Origin: Planctomycetota bacterium | GTDB taxonomy: Bacteria > Planctomycetota > UBA1135 > UBA2386 | DNA length: 64,000 bases | Reading direction: 5' to 3' | Assembly: GCA_965228735.1 (NCBI GenBank) | Contig: OZ245838.1 | Coordinates: 5,376,001 to 5,440,000, forward strand | In this document: positions 41,806 through 51,699 of the stretch, piece by piece | Layout of the letters: each line of letters opens with the position of its first letter | How positions within the stretch are numbered: position 1 is the stretch's first letter | The notes under the pieces: generated by a model | What the model was told of the DNA's origin: nothing | Database searches by the model: none | What the model saw: the letters and a program-made list of their open reading frames with translations, nothing else | Program-made: the position numbers and the translations under genes

Positions 41806-41894
41806 TCGTGCGGTCTCGGGACGAGACCGCGTGGCGGTGCGATTGGGTCAAGGCGAGACAGTCGGGTGACCGATGCGGCGGTGGAGGATCGCCC

Positions 41895-43076
41895 ATGGCA
41901 TTGCGACTTGCGGGGGGCCTGCTGGCCCTGTTGCTCACTTCTTCTTGGCTGTCGGCGCAGACTGCGCTCGTGCCCGCGCTCCTCAACGGCGTGGAGGGCG
42001 GCTTCAGCTCGAACGTGCCGTTCGGCAGCACGCAGGCCTGCCGCTACCAGGTGATCGTCGACGCCCAAGAGCTGCCGTGGGCCGGGCCGCGGCAGATCAA
42101 CGGCATCGCCCTGCGCGCGGACAACGGGTCGCCGGGCAGCGCGGGGCCGGGCTATCCGGCCAAGGGCTTCCTCAACGTCTCCATCTGGATGTCGACGACG
42201 CATGCGACCGCGGCGACGGCGAGCGGCGTGTTCGAAGACAACTGGGGCGAGGACGTGCAGAACGTCCTGTTCAATCATCCGGTGCAGTTGCCGGCTCAGC
42301 CCGCAGTCGCTGCTGGACCGCGGCCGGCCGACGTGACGTTCCAGTTCACGAATCCGTGGTGGTACGGTTTGACTCCCGCGCGGCCGAACAAGCCCGCGCC
42401 GACGAGCCTGTTGATCGAAATCCTCGTGCTCTCGCAGCCGAGCGGCGCCTACCCGCTCGACAACCTCGGCGGCTGCATCTCGCCGCAGACGACGTTCGGT
42501 AACCAGGGGCCGCTGTGCGCGGATACGAGCCTCCCACCGCCGTCGATGAGCGGTGACGTCTCGATGTCCGCCGGTGGCGTCTACAACTGGTTCGTCCACG
42601 ACTTGCCCCCGGACGCGCCGTACATCGTCGCGTTCAACCTCACGAGCCAGGGCATGCTGTTCGGCGACCCGGCGTTCACGCTGCCGTATCCGATGTTCGA
42701 TCCGCAGAACCCGTCGCAGCCGTCCGCGGCGCTCACGGTATTGCAGTGGTCGGCTCCCGACTGCTGGATCAACATCGATCCGCGCGTGACGGTCTTCGGG
42801 CTCGCGGACAGCAACGGGCTCGGCACCATGCCGACGCCGCTGCCGCCGGGGCGGGAGTACGTCGGGCTCGAGGTGTTCGCGCAGGCGTTCGCGGTCTCGC
42901 TGACGGCCAACCAACTGCAGACGATCTCGACCCCGGGGATGAGCGCGACGGTGTGCGGCCCGCTCGGGGTCAGCCGGATCTTCGCGTTCTACAACGGCTC
43001 GGGCGTGCCGGTGCCCGCGCCGCCGTCCACCGGCTCCGTCCAATACGGTCTCGGTCCGGTCTTCGAGGTCCTGTAG
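41895..43076 (+). CDS. Secreted hypothetical beta-rich protein
   Basis: GGAGG RBS, signal peptide, Pro/Gly/aromatic-rich mature region. Confidence 0.75.
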   Translation: MALRLAGGLLALLLTSSWLSAQTALVPALLNGVEGGFSSNVPFGSTQACRYQVIVDAQELPWAGPRQINGIALRADNGSPGSAGPGYPAKGFLNVSIWMSTTHATAATASGVFEDNWGEDVQNVLFNHPVQLPAQPAVAAGPRPADVTFQFTNPWWYGLTPARPNKPAPTSLLIEILVLSQPSGAYPLDNLGGCISPQTTFGNQGPLCADTSLPPPSMSGDVSMSAGGVYNWFVHDLPPDAPYIVAFNLTSQGMLFGDPAFTLPYPMFDPQNPSQPSAALTVLQWSAPDCWINIDPRVTVFGLADSNGLGTMPTPLPPGREYVGLEVFAQAFAVSLTANQLQTISTPGMSATVCGPLGVSRIFAFYNGSGVPVPAPPSTGSVQYGLGPVFEVL

Positions 43077-43156
43077 ATCGGCGTTCGGGTAGATCCCCGT
43101 TCGAGGGCGTCACCCCTTGTGCGGAGGGGGGCAGCGGCCGATGCTGTTCGCCCCAA

Positions 43157-44077
43157 ATGAAGATCTTCCTCTGCCGTCCCCGCGGATTCTGTGCCGGTGT
43201 CGAGCGGGCGATCGAGACCGTCGAGCGCGCTCTCGACAAGTTCGGTCGACCCGTCTACGTCCGTCACGAGATCGTGCACAACAAGGTCGTCGTCGACGAC
43301 CTCGTGGAAAAGGGCGCGATCTTCGTCGACGACCTCGCCGAGGTGCCGCAGGACGGTCATGTGATCTTCAGCGCGCATGGTGTGGCCCCGCTCGTCTTCG
43401 AGCAGGCCGACCGGCTGCAGCTGCACGCGATCGACGCGACCTGCCCGCTCGTGACCAAGGTGCACATGGAGGCGCGGCAGTTCGCGGCGAAGAGCTTCAC
43501 GATTCTGCTGATCGGGCACGCCGATCATGTCGAGGTCGAAGGCGTGGTCGGCGAAGCGCCGGACAGGATCCAGGTGGTCGCGGATGCGCGCGAGGCCGAG
43601 CAGGTCCAGGTGGAGGATCCGGAGCGCGTCGCCGTGCTCACGCAGACGACGTTGAGTGTCGATGAGGCGACCGTCGTGATGGACGTGCTGCGGCGGCGCT
43701 TCCCGGCGTTGCAGACGCCGCGCAAGGAGGACATCTGCTATGCGACGACCAACCGTCAGATGGCCGTGAAGAGCCTGCGCGGCGAGGTCGACGCCTGGCT
43801 CGTGATCGGCGACCGCATGAGCAGCAACAGCAACCGACTGCGCGAGATCGGTGCGAGCTCAGGCGTGCCGGCCTACATGGTGCTCGGCCCGGATGAGATC
43901 GACCCCGCCTGGTTCGAGGGCGTGGCGCAGGTCGGTGTGACGTCGGGCGCGAGCACGCCCGAGAGCAGCGTCCGAGCCGTTGTCGAACGGCTGCGTGGCC
44001 TCGGTGCGACCACGGTCGAAGAGGTCGACGGCATCCACGAGACCGTGGAGTTCAGCCTGCCGGCCCAGGTCCGGTGA
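43157..44077 (+). CDS. ispH: 4-hydroxy-3-methylbut-2-enyl diphosphate reductase
   Basis: PRGFCAGV, HEIVHN, FSAHG, DATCPLV, QTT, DICYAT.NRQ, SSNS, GASTP. Confidence 0.97.
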   Translation: MKIFLCRPRGFCAGVERAIETVERALDKFGRPVYVRHEIVHNKVVVDDLVEKGAIFVDDLAEVPQDGHVIFSAHGVAPLVFEQADRLQLHAIDATCPLVTKVHMEARQFAAKSFTILLIGHADHVEVEGVVGEAPDRIQVVADAREAEQVQVEDPERVAVLTQTTLSVDEATVVMDVLRRRFPALQTPRKEDICYATTNRQMAVKSLRGEVDAWLVIGDRMSSNSNRLREIGASSGVPAYMVLGPDEIDPAWFEGVAQVGVTSGASTPESSVRAVVERLRGLGATTVEEVDGIHETVEFSLPAQVR

Positions 44078-44147
44078 TCGGGTCGCTGCGCGGTCTGGTG
44101 ATCGGTCCGGTGGGTGCGGCCGCCGGTTCACTCGCGGAGTTCGGCGC

Positions 44148-45797
44148 GTGAAGATCGCGATCTGTCAGATCGACACGACGGTCGGCGACTTCGACGGCAA
44201 CGCGCAGCGCATCGTGGAGTTTGCGCAACGGGCGGCCGAGCGCGGCGCCGAGCTCGCGCTGTTTCCCGAGCTCGCGGTCTGTGGGTATCCGCCCGAGGAC
44301 CTGTTGCTGCGGCCGGCGTTCAAAGAACGGCACGACCAGGCGCTGGCCGAGATCGCGCGGTCACTGCCGGCGGAGCTGCCCGTCCTGCTCGGCTGCCTCG
44401 AATCCACTGCCACCGCGGGCAAGGGGGCGCGGGCCCTGCACAACGCGGTCGCGCTCTGCCAGGGCGGCGATTGCCGGATCGTGGCTCGCAAGTCGCTGCT
44501 GCCGACCTACGAGGTGTTCGACGAGGCGCGCTACTTCGAGCCCTGGCGGGCGCCGGAGCAGAACGTCGTCGAACTCGGCGGCCTGCGCATCGGCGTCGTG
44601 ATCTGCGAGGACGGCTGGAACGACTCCGAGTTCTTCGAGAGCCGCATCTACGACAGTGATCCGGTGGAAAAGATCGTCCAGGCCGGCGCCGAGCTCGTCG
44701 TCAACCTGAGCGCGAGCCCGTGGTCGGCCGGCAAGCTGACGTTCCGCGGTGCGATGGTCGAGGCGGCGTCGCGGCGGCACGGCGTGCCGATGATCTATGT
44801 GAACCTCGTCGGCGGCGACGTGCATCTCCAGTTCGACGGCGGATCGATCGCGGTCAAGCCGACCGGGCTCGCGTTCGAGCCGGTCGCGTTCGAGGAGACG
44901 CTCGAGATCGTGGACACGACCGCAGAGTGGACCACGACCGTGCGACCGCGACCGGTCGAGCAGCAACATCACGGCGCGATCGTGCAGGGCATCTCCGACT
45001 ACGTGCGGAAGTTCGGCTTCCAGCGCGTGCTCGTCGGACTCTCGGGCGGGATCGACTCGGCACTCGTCGCGACGCTGGCGGTCGACGCGCTCGGTCCCGA
45101 GAACGTCACCGGCATCGCGATGCCGTCGAGCTTCTCGAGCCAGCACAGCGTCGATGATGCGCGCGACCTCGCAACCAATCTCGGCATCGAGTTCCACGTT
45201 CTGGGCATCGCCGAGTTGCAGTCCGCGTTCGATGCCGTGCTCGCGCCGGTCTTCGGCGACGACCGGTTCGGCGTCGCGGAGGAGAACCTGCAGTCGCGGA
45301 TTCGCGGCACCCTGCTCATGGCGTACGCCAACAAGCACGGTCACCTGTTGCTCACGACTGGCAACAAGAGCGAGACGGCCATCGGCTACTGCACGCTCTA
45401 CGGCGACACCAACGGGGCCATCGCGCCGATCGCGGATCTGTGGAAGACCGAGGTGTGGGCGCTCGCGCGTTGGCTCAACCGCGATGGGGTCCGGATTCCG
45501 GAGAATTCGATCCGGAAACCGCCGTCAGCGGAGCTGCGACCCGATCAGCTCGATACCGACAGCCTGCCGCCGTACGACGAGCTCGATCCCGTCCTGCACG
45601 CGCTGGTGGTCGAGCATCGCACGGTTGCGGAGACGGCGGCTCGAACCGGGATGGCGCGCGACGCCGTGGCGCGGATCGAGCGGCTGATCCAGAACGCCGA
45701 GTTCAAGCGCTACCAGTACGCGCCGACGTTGCGGCTCAGCGAGCGTTGCTGGAGCGGTCGACGCATGCCGGTTTCCCATCGTTTTCGCGACGCGTGA
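44148..45797 (+). CDS. nadE: Glutamine-dependent NAD+ synthetase
   Basis: Nitrilase domain (FPEL, K..LP.Y.VFDE, ICED) plus SGGIDS, ENLQSR.RG, GNKSE, PSAEL. Confidence 0.96.
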   Translation: MKIAICQIDTTVGDFDGNAQRIVEFAQRAAERGAELALFPELAVCGYPPEDLLLRPAFKERHDQALAEIARSLPAELPVLLGCLESTATAGKGARALHNAVALCQGGDCRIVARKSLLPTYEVFDEARYFEPWRAPEQNVVELGGLRIGVVICEDGWNDSEFFESRIYDSDPVEKIVQAGAELVVNLSASPWSAGKLTFRGAMVEAASRRHGVPMIYVNLVGGDVHLQFDGGSIAVKPTGLAFEPVAFEETLEIVDTTAEWTTTVRPRPVEQQHHGAIVQGISDYVRKFGFQRVLVGLSGGIDSALVATLAVDALGPENVTGIAMPSSFSSQHSVDDARDLATNLGIEFHVLGIAELQSAFDAVLAPVFGDDRFGVAEENLQSRIRGTLLMAYANKHGHLLLTTGNKSETAIGYCTLYGDTNGAIAPIADLWKTEVWALARWLNRDGVRIPENSIRKPPSAELRPDQLDTDSLPPYDELDPVLHALVVEHRTVAETAARTGMARDAVARIERLIQNAEFKRYQYAPTLRLSERCWSGRRMPVSHRFRDA

Positions 45798-45810
45798 GCG
45801 GCTGCCCACG

Positions 45811-46755
45811 ATGGCGCGAGTCGTGGTGGTGGGCGCGGGGGTCATCGGCTCGACGACCGCCGCTAGATTGCTCGAGGCCGGCCACGATGTGGAGGTCTGG
45901 CACCGCGACGATCACGCCGACACGACCTCGGCGGTAGCTGCGGCGATCTGGTATCCCTACCTCGCGGAGCCGCGTGCGCGGGTCCTGGCGTGGAGCCGCG
46001 CCACCCACGAACGACTGCTCGAGCTCGCGCGCGACTCCGCCACCGGGGTGGTCTTGCAGGACGTGGTCGAGCTGTTCGCCGTCCCGGACCCCGACCTGTC
46101 CTGGCTGCCATCGACCGTGGCGCTCGAACGCATCGCTCCGGAGCCGTTCGGTGCGCGCTACCGGTCCGCGGTGCGAATGCAGCTGCCGATCTGTGACACG
46201 GTTACCTACCTGCCCTGGCTCCGTGCGCGCATCGCAAGGCTCGGCGGTCGGTTCGAAAGGCGCGCGGTGACCGACTTGTCGGCGCCGCTCGCGGCGGCCG
46301 AACTGGTCGTCAACTGCGCCGGCCTCGGCGCGCGTGAGCTGTGTGCCGACACCGCGCTCGTTGGCGTTCGCGGGCAGGTCGTGCACGCCGAGCGTGTGGA
46401 CCTGCCGTTTGCCCTCATCGACGACACCGATCCCGAGCAGCCCGTCTACGTCTTGCCGCGCAACGGTGACATCGTGCTCGGCGGCAGCGCGCGTCATGGT
46501 GACGAGCGCACCGCCGACGATCCCGAGGAGACCGCCGCGATCCGCGAAGCGTGCGGGCGACGCGTGCCTGCTGTTCGAGACGCAGCGACGATACGTGCGC
46601 GGGCGGGACTGCGGCCGTTCCGGGCCGAGGTCAGACTCGAGCCCGAGCCGGGCGAACCGCGGCTGTGCCACAACTACGGTCACGGCGGTTCGGGATTCAC
46701 CATGGCATGGGGTTGTGCGGACGAGGTCTCTGCCTGGGCGAAAACCGTGCGGTAG
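45811..46755 (+). CDS. FAD-dependent D-amino acid oxidase family protein
   Basis: GAGVIG, TTS.VA, VNCAGLG, RGQ, GLRP.R, HNYGHGGSG. Confidence 0.9.
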   Translation: MARVVVVGAGVIGSTTAARLLEAGHDVEVWHRDDHADTTSAVAAAIWYPYLAEPRARVLAWSRATHERLLELARDSATGVVLQDVVELFAVPDPDLSWLPSTVALERIAPEPFGARYRSAVRMQLPICDTVTYLPWLRARIARLGGRFERRAVTDLSAPLAAAELVVNCAGLGARELCADTALVGVRGQVVHAERVDLPFALIDDTDPEQPVYVLPRNGDIVLGGSARHGDERTADDPEETAAIREACGRRVPAVRDAATIRARAGLRPFRAEVRLEPEPGEPRLCHNYGHGGSGFTMAWGCADEVSAWAKTVR

Positions 46756-46767
46756 GCTTCTCCACGG

Positions 46768-47586
46768 ATGAAGCAGAGACCCCGATCACATCGCGGTGGG
46801 GACGCGCCGACGCTGCTCGAACGCGTGGACCTCGCCCTCGCCACCCAGCTCGTCGCGCGTGACGTGGCGGAGGACGATGCCGACGCCGGCGACGCCATTG
46901 CCTCGGCGCAGCGGGTCTTCGACGAAGTGCGGCGGCCCAGCGATTCGGACGCCGGGTTCGTCGCGGCGCTCCTGCGATTGCGCGGGTTCGTCGTCGACGA
47001 CCTCGACGCTCGCAACGTCCTCACCGGTAGCCCGGGTCGCCTGCAGCCGATGAACCAGGAGTATCGGATGGTCTGCGGCCTCGCCGCGGCGGTTCGCATG
47101 GTGCGGGAGCAGGCCGCGGCCGGTGCAGCGCCGGACGGTTGGTTCGCGGTCGAACTGTGGAAGCTGCTGACCGCCGAACTGCCGCGCTTCCGCAACAACG
47201 AGATTCGGCGCGGCGCGCCGTGGGACTCGGTCCTCTACGTGACGTATCCGAAGCCCGACCAGCTGCGCTACCTGCTCGACACGTTCGACGAACGTCACCA
47301 CTATCGGGACAACCCGATGGTGTTCGGCGGCCTCCACCCGGTGCGGCAAGGCTTCCGCATCATGTGGCGCTTTGCGCGGATCGCGCCGTTCCCGGACTTC
47401 AACGGCGTGCTCGGTTGGTTGCTGATGACGCACTGGCTGCTGCTCAAGGGCTACCCGATGCTGCAACCGGTTGCCCCGGACCAGGTGATGCTCGCCCGGC
47501 TGCTCGGCGGGCCGCCACCGACCCGCATCGTGCAGTTCGAGGCGCGCCTGCTCGACGTCGTGGGGCAGCTGCAGAGTGCCGGCTAG
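46768..47586 (+). CDS. Fic/Fido-fold protein with a degenerate active-site motif
   Basis: FR, YP.P and HPV segments; IAPFPDFNGVLGWLL versus canonical HPFxDGNGRxxR. Confidence 0.65.
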   Translation: MKQRPRSHRGGDAPTLLERVDLALATQLVARDVAEDDADAGDAIASAQRVFDEVRRPSDSDAGFVAALLRLRGFVVDDLDARNVLTGSPGRLQPMNQEYRMVCGLAAAVRMVREQAAAGAAPDGWFAVELWKLLTAELPRFRNNEIRRGAPWDSVLYVTYPKPDQLRYLLDTFDERHHYRDNPMVFGGLHPVRQGFRIMWRFARIAPFPDFNGVLGWLLMTHWLLLKGYPMLQPVAPDQVMLARLLGGPPPTRIVQFEARLLDVVGQLQSAG

Positions 47587-47618
47587 CACCCAGTTTTCGG
47601 AGTCGTCGCGCCGAACCG

Positions 47619-48392
47619 TTACGAGGCTGGCCGGATAGCTCGAACGAAACCGAGCGGGATGTGCGTGCGGCCGTCGAGCTCGAGCTGATCGAAGTCGATG
47701 TTCGTCAGCTCGCCGGTCTGCGGCTCGCTCGTCGTGACCTCGACCGACCGGCCGAGAAGGCCGAGTCGATCGCGGAACAGCGCGAGCAGTTCGGGCGCGT
47801 CGCCAGCGCCCAGCTCGGTCAGCATCGCGTCGACGCTGCGGGCCACTGCGATCAGCAGCAGTTCGCGATCGATCGGCAACCCGGTTTGCAGCGCGAGTGA
47901 GGTGGCGCTGGCCTCGAGGTCCGGCGGGAACCGCACCCGATTGCAGTTGATGCCGACACCGACGAGGTGGGTGTCGGGCGCGATCGCCCCCGAGTCGATC
48001 AGCATGCCCGCGAGCTTCTGGTCACCGCGGTAGAGGTCATTGGGCCATTTGATCCGCGGTCGACACGAGCTGGCGGTCTCGATCGCGCGCAGCACCGTCG
48101 CGGGCAGGGCCGCCGGCAGTCTGGCGGCGAGGCGCGCGTGGGCGGTCGGCACGATGCGGACCCGGAAGGTGACGAGCAGGTCGGCGCCCGGTTCGTCGTG
48201 CCATTCGCGCTGCTTCCGGCCACGGCCCGAGTCCTGGTGATCCGTGCAGAAGACCGCGTCCGTCACCGCGTCCCCGTTGGTCCGCGCGTCCCGCAGGGCC
48301 AGGTCCTGTGTCGAAGAACACGACACTTCGTGAACGACGCGTCGAAACCGCGTGGAGCCGAGCAGGGCGTCTTCGATTCGGTCGAGGTCCAT
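47619..48392 (-). CDS. birA: Biotin--[acetyl-CoA-carboxylase] ligase (no N-terminal HTH)
   Basis: SSTQD, Q..GRGR..R.W, IKWPNDL, KLAGML, GVGIN. Confidence 0.9.
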   Translation of the reverse strand: MDLDRIEDALLGSTRFRRVVHEVSCSSTQDLALRDARTNGDAVTDAVFCTDHQDSGRGRKQREWHDEPGADLLVTFRVRIVPTAHARLAARLPAALPATVLRAIETASSCRPRIKWPNDLYRGDQKLAGMLIDSGAIAPDTHLVGVGINCNRVRFPPDLEASATSLALQTGLPIDRELLLIAVARSVDAMLTELGAGDAPELLALFRDRLGLLGRSVEVTTSEPQTGELTNIDFDQLELDGRTHIPLGFVRAIRPAS

Positions 48393-48497
48393 GACGAGGG
48401 GGGCGCCAACTCCCGACATCATCGCGCACTGAAGTTCCTGGTCCAGTTCTGCCGATGCTCCTTGGAGCACGTGCGGAGAGGCGCGTTGCGGCAAAGG

Positions 48498-51038
48498 ATG
48501 AACGACTGCGGCGACAATCTGCCGATTGGGTTTCAGGGCCCCGTGAACGCGTGGAGCGGCCTCGTGCCGACTGCGCGTCGGTCGCTGCGTCTGCCCGTCG
48601 ATGGACGTTCGACGGCCGGTATCGCGGATCGCGTCGAGCCTGCCGCCAAGCCGGCGTGCCAAGAACCGGCGCCCAGAGAAAGTGCGGACGAGCCGTTGGA
48701 CCTGATCGAGGTCCAGGCCTTGACCGAGAGCATGGGGCGGGTCGAGGACGCCCTGCGCGGGTTCGCCGGGCGGCTCGCAGAAGGCGGCACGCTGCTGCTC
48801 GACGTCGAGAATCTGCAGTCGATGCGGTCGCTGCGCCTCGTTCTCGAGGGGCGGCCTGGCTCGTTCGATCCGGCCGGCAGCTCCGACGATCCATCACAGG
48901 CACTGGCCGCAAAGCGCGTTCTCGCGGCCTGCGCCGCGGCGGGCCTCCTCGTGCGTGACATCATCGCCGTCCCAGCCGGTCGTGAGCACTACGATGTCGG
49001 GCTGACCCACGACATGTTCGCTCGTGGCTTGCTGCCGATCGAGTGGCTCGCGGGAGCACCGCCGGCGCGCTATTGGCTCGTTTGCGAGCGCCGTCGCGCG
49101 CTCGGCGGGTCGGTCGTGATTGCCGGCGGTTCGCGGGCGGAGCAGGATCGCACCGAGTCGGCCGTGCGCCGGTTCCTGCCCGACGACTGGGAGATCCGTC
49201 GGTCGGAGGCGCATCGCGAGTGCGCGCAATGGAATCGCGGTATCGCTGACGCGCGCGGCGAACTGCTCTGGTTCTTGCGCGGCGGTTCGGAGCCGACCGC
49301 CGAGCTGTTCGCGGCGATGAACGCACGCGCGGGTGTTGGTGCCGTGACTCCGGGGCAGGGTGGCGAGCCCATCGACCCGGGCGACCTCGCCGGTGTCATG
49401 ATGCCGCGCACGGATGCGTTGCTCGTGGGACCGTTGCCCGAGAACGTCCGCAACACGCCCGTCGCGCTCGAAGAGCACATGATGCGACTCGGCGCGAAAC
49501 TGCCCGCGGTGCACGCGATCGAGTTCGCATGGCGGTCGCCGCCCGCGCAACCCGAAGCTCCCGAGGTGTTCGCCGCGGAGGCCGAGGCGCTCGTCCAGCG
49601 TTGGCAGCCGCTCGAGAAGTCGACCAGCGGGGAGCGGGCCGAGGCTCCGGTCAGTGTGCCTGACTGCGAAACCGGTTCACGCGCGCCGTGCCCGTGGACC
49701 GGCCGCCGGCCTCGCGTCTCGCTCTGCATGATCGCGCGCGACGAAGAACGGTTCTTGCCGGAGTGCCTCGAGCGGGCCCGCGCCGCAGTGGACGAGATCA
49801 TCGTCGTGGACACCGGGTCCACGGATCGGACCGTGGCCATCGCGGAGTCGTTCGGCGCCAAGGTCATCCACGAACCCTGGCAGGATGATTTCTCCGCCCC
49901 CCGCAACACCGCGATCGCGGCAGCGACGGGCGATTGGATCCTCGTGCTCGATGCCGATGAGTATCTGTTGCCGGGCGGTCCCGCCCGCATCCGAGACCTC
50001 GTCGAGAACGCCGAGGTCTCGGGCTACCACCTGCACTTCACCAACATCTACAGCAGCGGCAAGACGCTCGGCGTGATGATGGTGCGGCTGTTCCGCAACC
50101 TGCCGGGTCTCGCATATCAGAACGTGATCCACGAGCAGGTGACGCCGAGTCTCCAGCGCGAAGGCGCACGGCGTGGCCTGATTCTCAGCCAGGCGGACGT
50201 CGAGGTGGAGCATCACGGCTACGCCGACGAGATCATGGACGCGCGTTCGAAGAACGAGCGCAACGAACGGCTGTTCAAGAAGCAGATGTCGCAGGCGCCC
50301 GACGACATCTACACGCACTACAAGTACGGCGACTTCCTGCGGCGCGTCCCGGGCCGTGGCGAGGATGCCCGCGCTCTGCTCGAGCGCTGCCTGGAACTGA
50401 TTCTCGCTGGCGCACCGTCGTTGCCGTCCGAGCTGCCCTATGCCGGTGAGGTCGCTGCGCTCTGCGCGCTGGAAACCGCGCGCCTCGGCCATATCGGCCA
50501 GGCCCGCGAGATTCTCGATATCGCTCTGCGCCGCTTCCTTCCGACGCCCAACCTCTTCTACCTGTCGGCGAGCATCGCGCTGAACGAAGGGCGCGCCGAA
50601 GATGCGATCACGCACTATCGGCGGTGCCTCGGCTACCGCGATCAGGTCCTCGTCGTTCCGATCCAGGAAGGCATCACGAGCTACGTGGCCCTGACCGGCA
50701 TCGCGCAGGCCTGGTTGCTGCGAGGCGACGATGAACGCGCGCAGCGCCTGCTCGAGCAAGCGATCGCGATCGAACCGGCATACGAGGTCGCGCACCTGGC
50801 GCTCTCCAAGCTGTGGCTCCAACGCGACCAACCACGTCAGGCACTGCAGGTGTTGACGGACTTCCTCGCCGAGCATCCGGAGTCGCCGGGCGCCTGCCAA
50901 CAAACCACGCTCATCCTGCATCGCCTGGGCCAGACGGACCAGGCGCGGCGGTTGGGCCGCCATGCCGTCAAGATGCTCGAGGCGAAGGCCCTCGAGCACG
51001 AGGCGGCAGAGATGAACCGCTTCCTGGCCGCGATCTAG
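48498..51038 (+). CDS. Multidomain GT2 glycosyltransferase with TPR repeats (probable flagellin glycosylation)
   Basis: SLCMIARDEE, VDTGSTD.T, WQDDFS..RN, LDADE, HEQ, HHGY; C-terminal TPRs; N-terminal methyltransferase-like remnant. Confidence 0.85.
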   Translation: MNDCGDNLPIGFQGPVNAWSGLVPTARRSLRLPVDGRSTAGIADRVEPAAKPACQEPAPRESADEPLDLIEVQALTESMGRVEDALRGFAGRLAEGGTLLLDVENLQSMRSLRLVLEGRPGSFDPAGSSDDPSQALAAKRVLAACAAAGLLVRDIIAVPAGREHYDVGLTHDMFARGLLPIEWLAGAPPARYWLVCERRRALGGSVVIAGGSRAEQDRTESAVRRFLPDDWEIRRSEAHRECAQWNRGIADARGELLWFLRGGSEPTAELFAAMNARAGVGAVTPGQGGEPIDPGDLAGVMMPRTDALLVGPLPENVRNTPVALEEHMMRLGAKLPAVHAIEFAWRSPPAQPEAPEVFAAEAEALVQRWQPLEKSTSGERAEAPVSVPDCETGSRAPCPWTGRRPRVSLCMIARDEERFLPECLERARAAVDEIIVVDTGSTDRTVAIAESFGAKVIHEPWQDDFSAPRNTAIAAATGDWILVLDADEYLLPGGPARIRDLVENAEVSGYHLHFTNIYSSGKTLGVMMVRLFRNLPGLAYQNVIHEQVTPSLQREGARRGLILSQADVEVEHHGYADEIMDARSKNERNERLFKKQMSQAPDDIYTHYKYGDFLRRVPGRGEDARALLERCLELILAGAPSLPSELPYAGEVAALCALETARLGHIGQAREILDIALRRFLPTPNLFYLSASIALNEGRAEDAITHYRRCLGYRDQVLVVPIQEGITSYVALTGIAQAWLLRGDDERAQRLLEQAIAIEPAYEVAHLALSKLWLQRDQPRQALQVLTDFLAEHPESPGACQQTTLILHRLGQTDQARRLGRHAVKMLEAKALEHEAAEMNRFLAAI

Positions 51039-51065
51039 CGGCGCTGTTTCCCGAAGGAGTAGACG

Positions 51066-51689
51066 ATGACCCAGACGATCCAGAACCCCGCGACCGAGCC
51101 GACGGCCAACCCGTCGCCGACCGGTTTCCAGAACATCCCGACGCGCATCAGCGACCTGCGTGAGGCCACGCCGCCGCTCGTCGTCGAGTCGAACGAGAAC
51201 AAGGACCTGATCTGCCAGAGCCTCGGCGAACTCAGTTCGCGGCTCGCGGACATCCACTGCACGGCGGCCGAGGCCTACATGTCGCAGGGCTCGTACGACC
51301 AGGCCCTGCCGCACATCGAGGCCGCCGCGACGTTCGCGACCGGCGACAACGACTGCCACATGCGATTGGGCTTCGTCCGCTACATCACGGGCGATGACTC
51401 CGGCGCGATCCAGGCGTTCAACGTCGCCCTCGCGGCCGACCCGAACAGCGCCGAGGGCTGGTTCAACCTCGGCATGGTGCTGTTCGGCCAGGAACAGTTC
51501 GCCGAGGCCGAGAACTGCTTCGGTCGTTCGCTCGCGATCGAGCCGGGCGACTCGCAGACCTGGAACAACCGCGGCGTCTGCCTCTGGCGCCTCGACAAGC
51601 AGGCCGACGCGAAGGCGTGCTTCGGCAAGGCGCTCGAGATCGACCCGAACGACGAAGACGCGATCTTCAACCTGCAGAACCTCGGCTGA
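51066..51689 (+). CDS. TPR repeat protein
   Basis: AAGGAG RBS; WFNLG, WNNRG, ALEIDP TPR units. Confidence 0.88.
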   Translation: MTQTIQNPATEPTANPSPTGFQNIPTRISDLREATPPLVVESNENKDLICQSLGELSSRLADIHCTAAEAYMSQGSYDQALPHIEAAATFATGDNDCHMRLGFVRYITGDDSGAIQAFNVALAADPNSAEGWFNLGMVLFGQEQFAEAENCFGRSLAIEPGDSQTWNNRGVCLWRLDKQADAKACFGKALEIDPNDEDAIFNLQNLG

Positions 51690-51699
51690 TCGGCGACCG

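Noticed and set aside
47967..48497. N-terminal extension of the glycosyltransferase ORF
   Set aside because: It overlaps birA on the opposite strand; ATG 48498 has an AAGG RBS and an upstream promoter-like site
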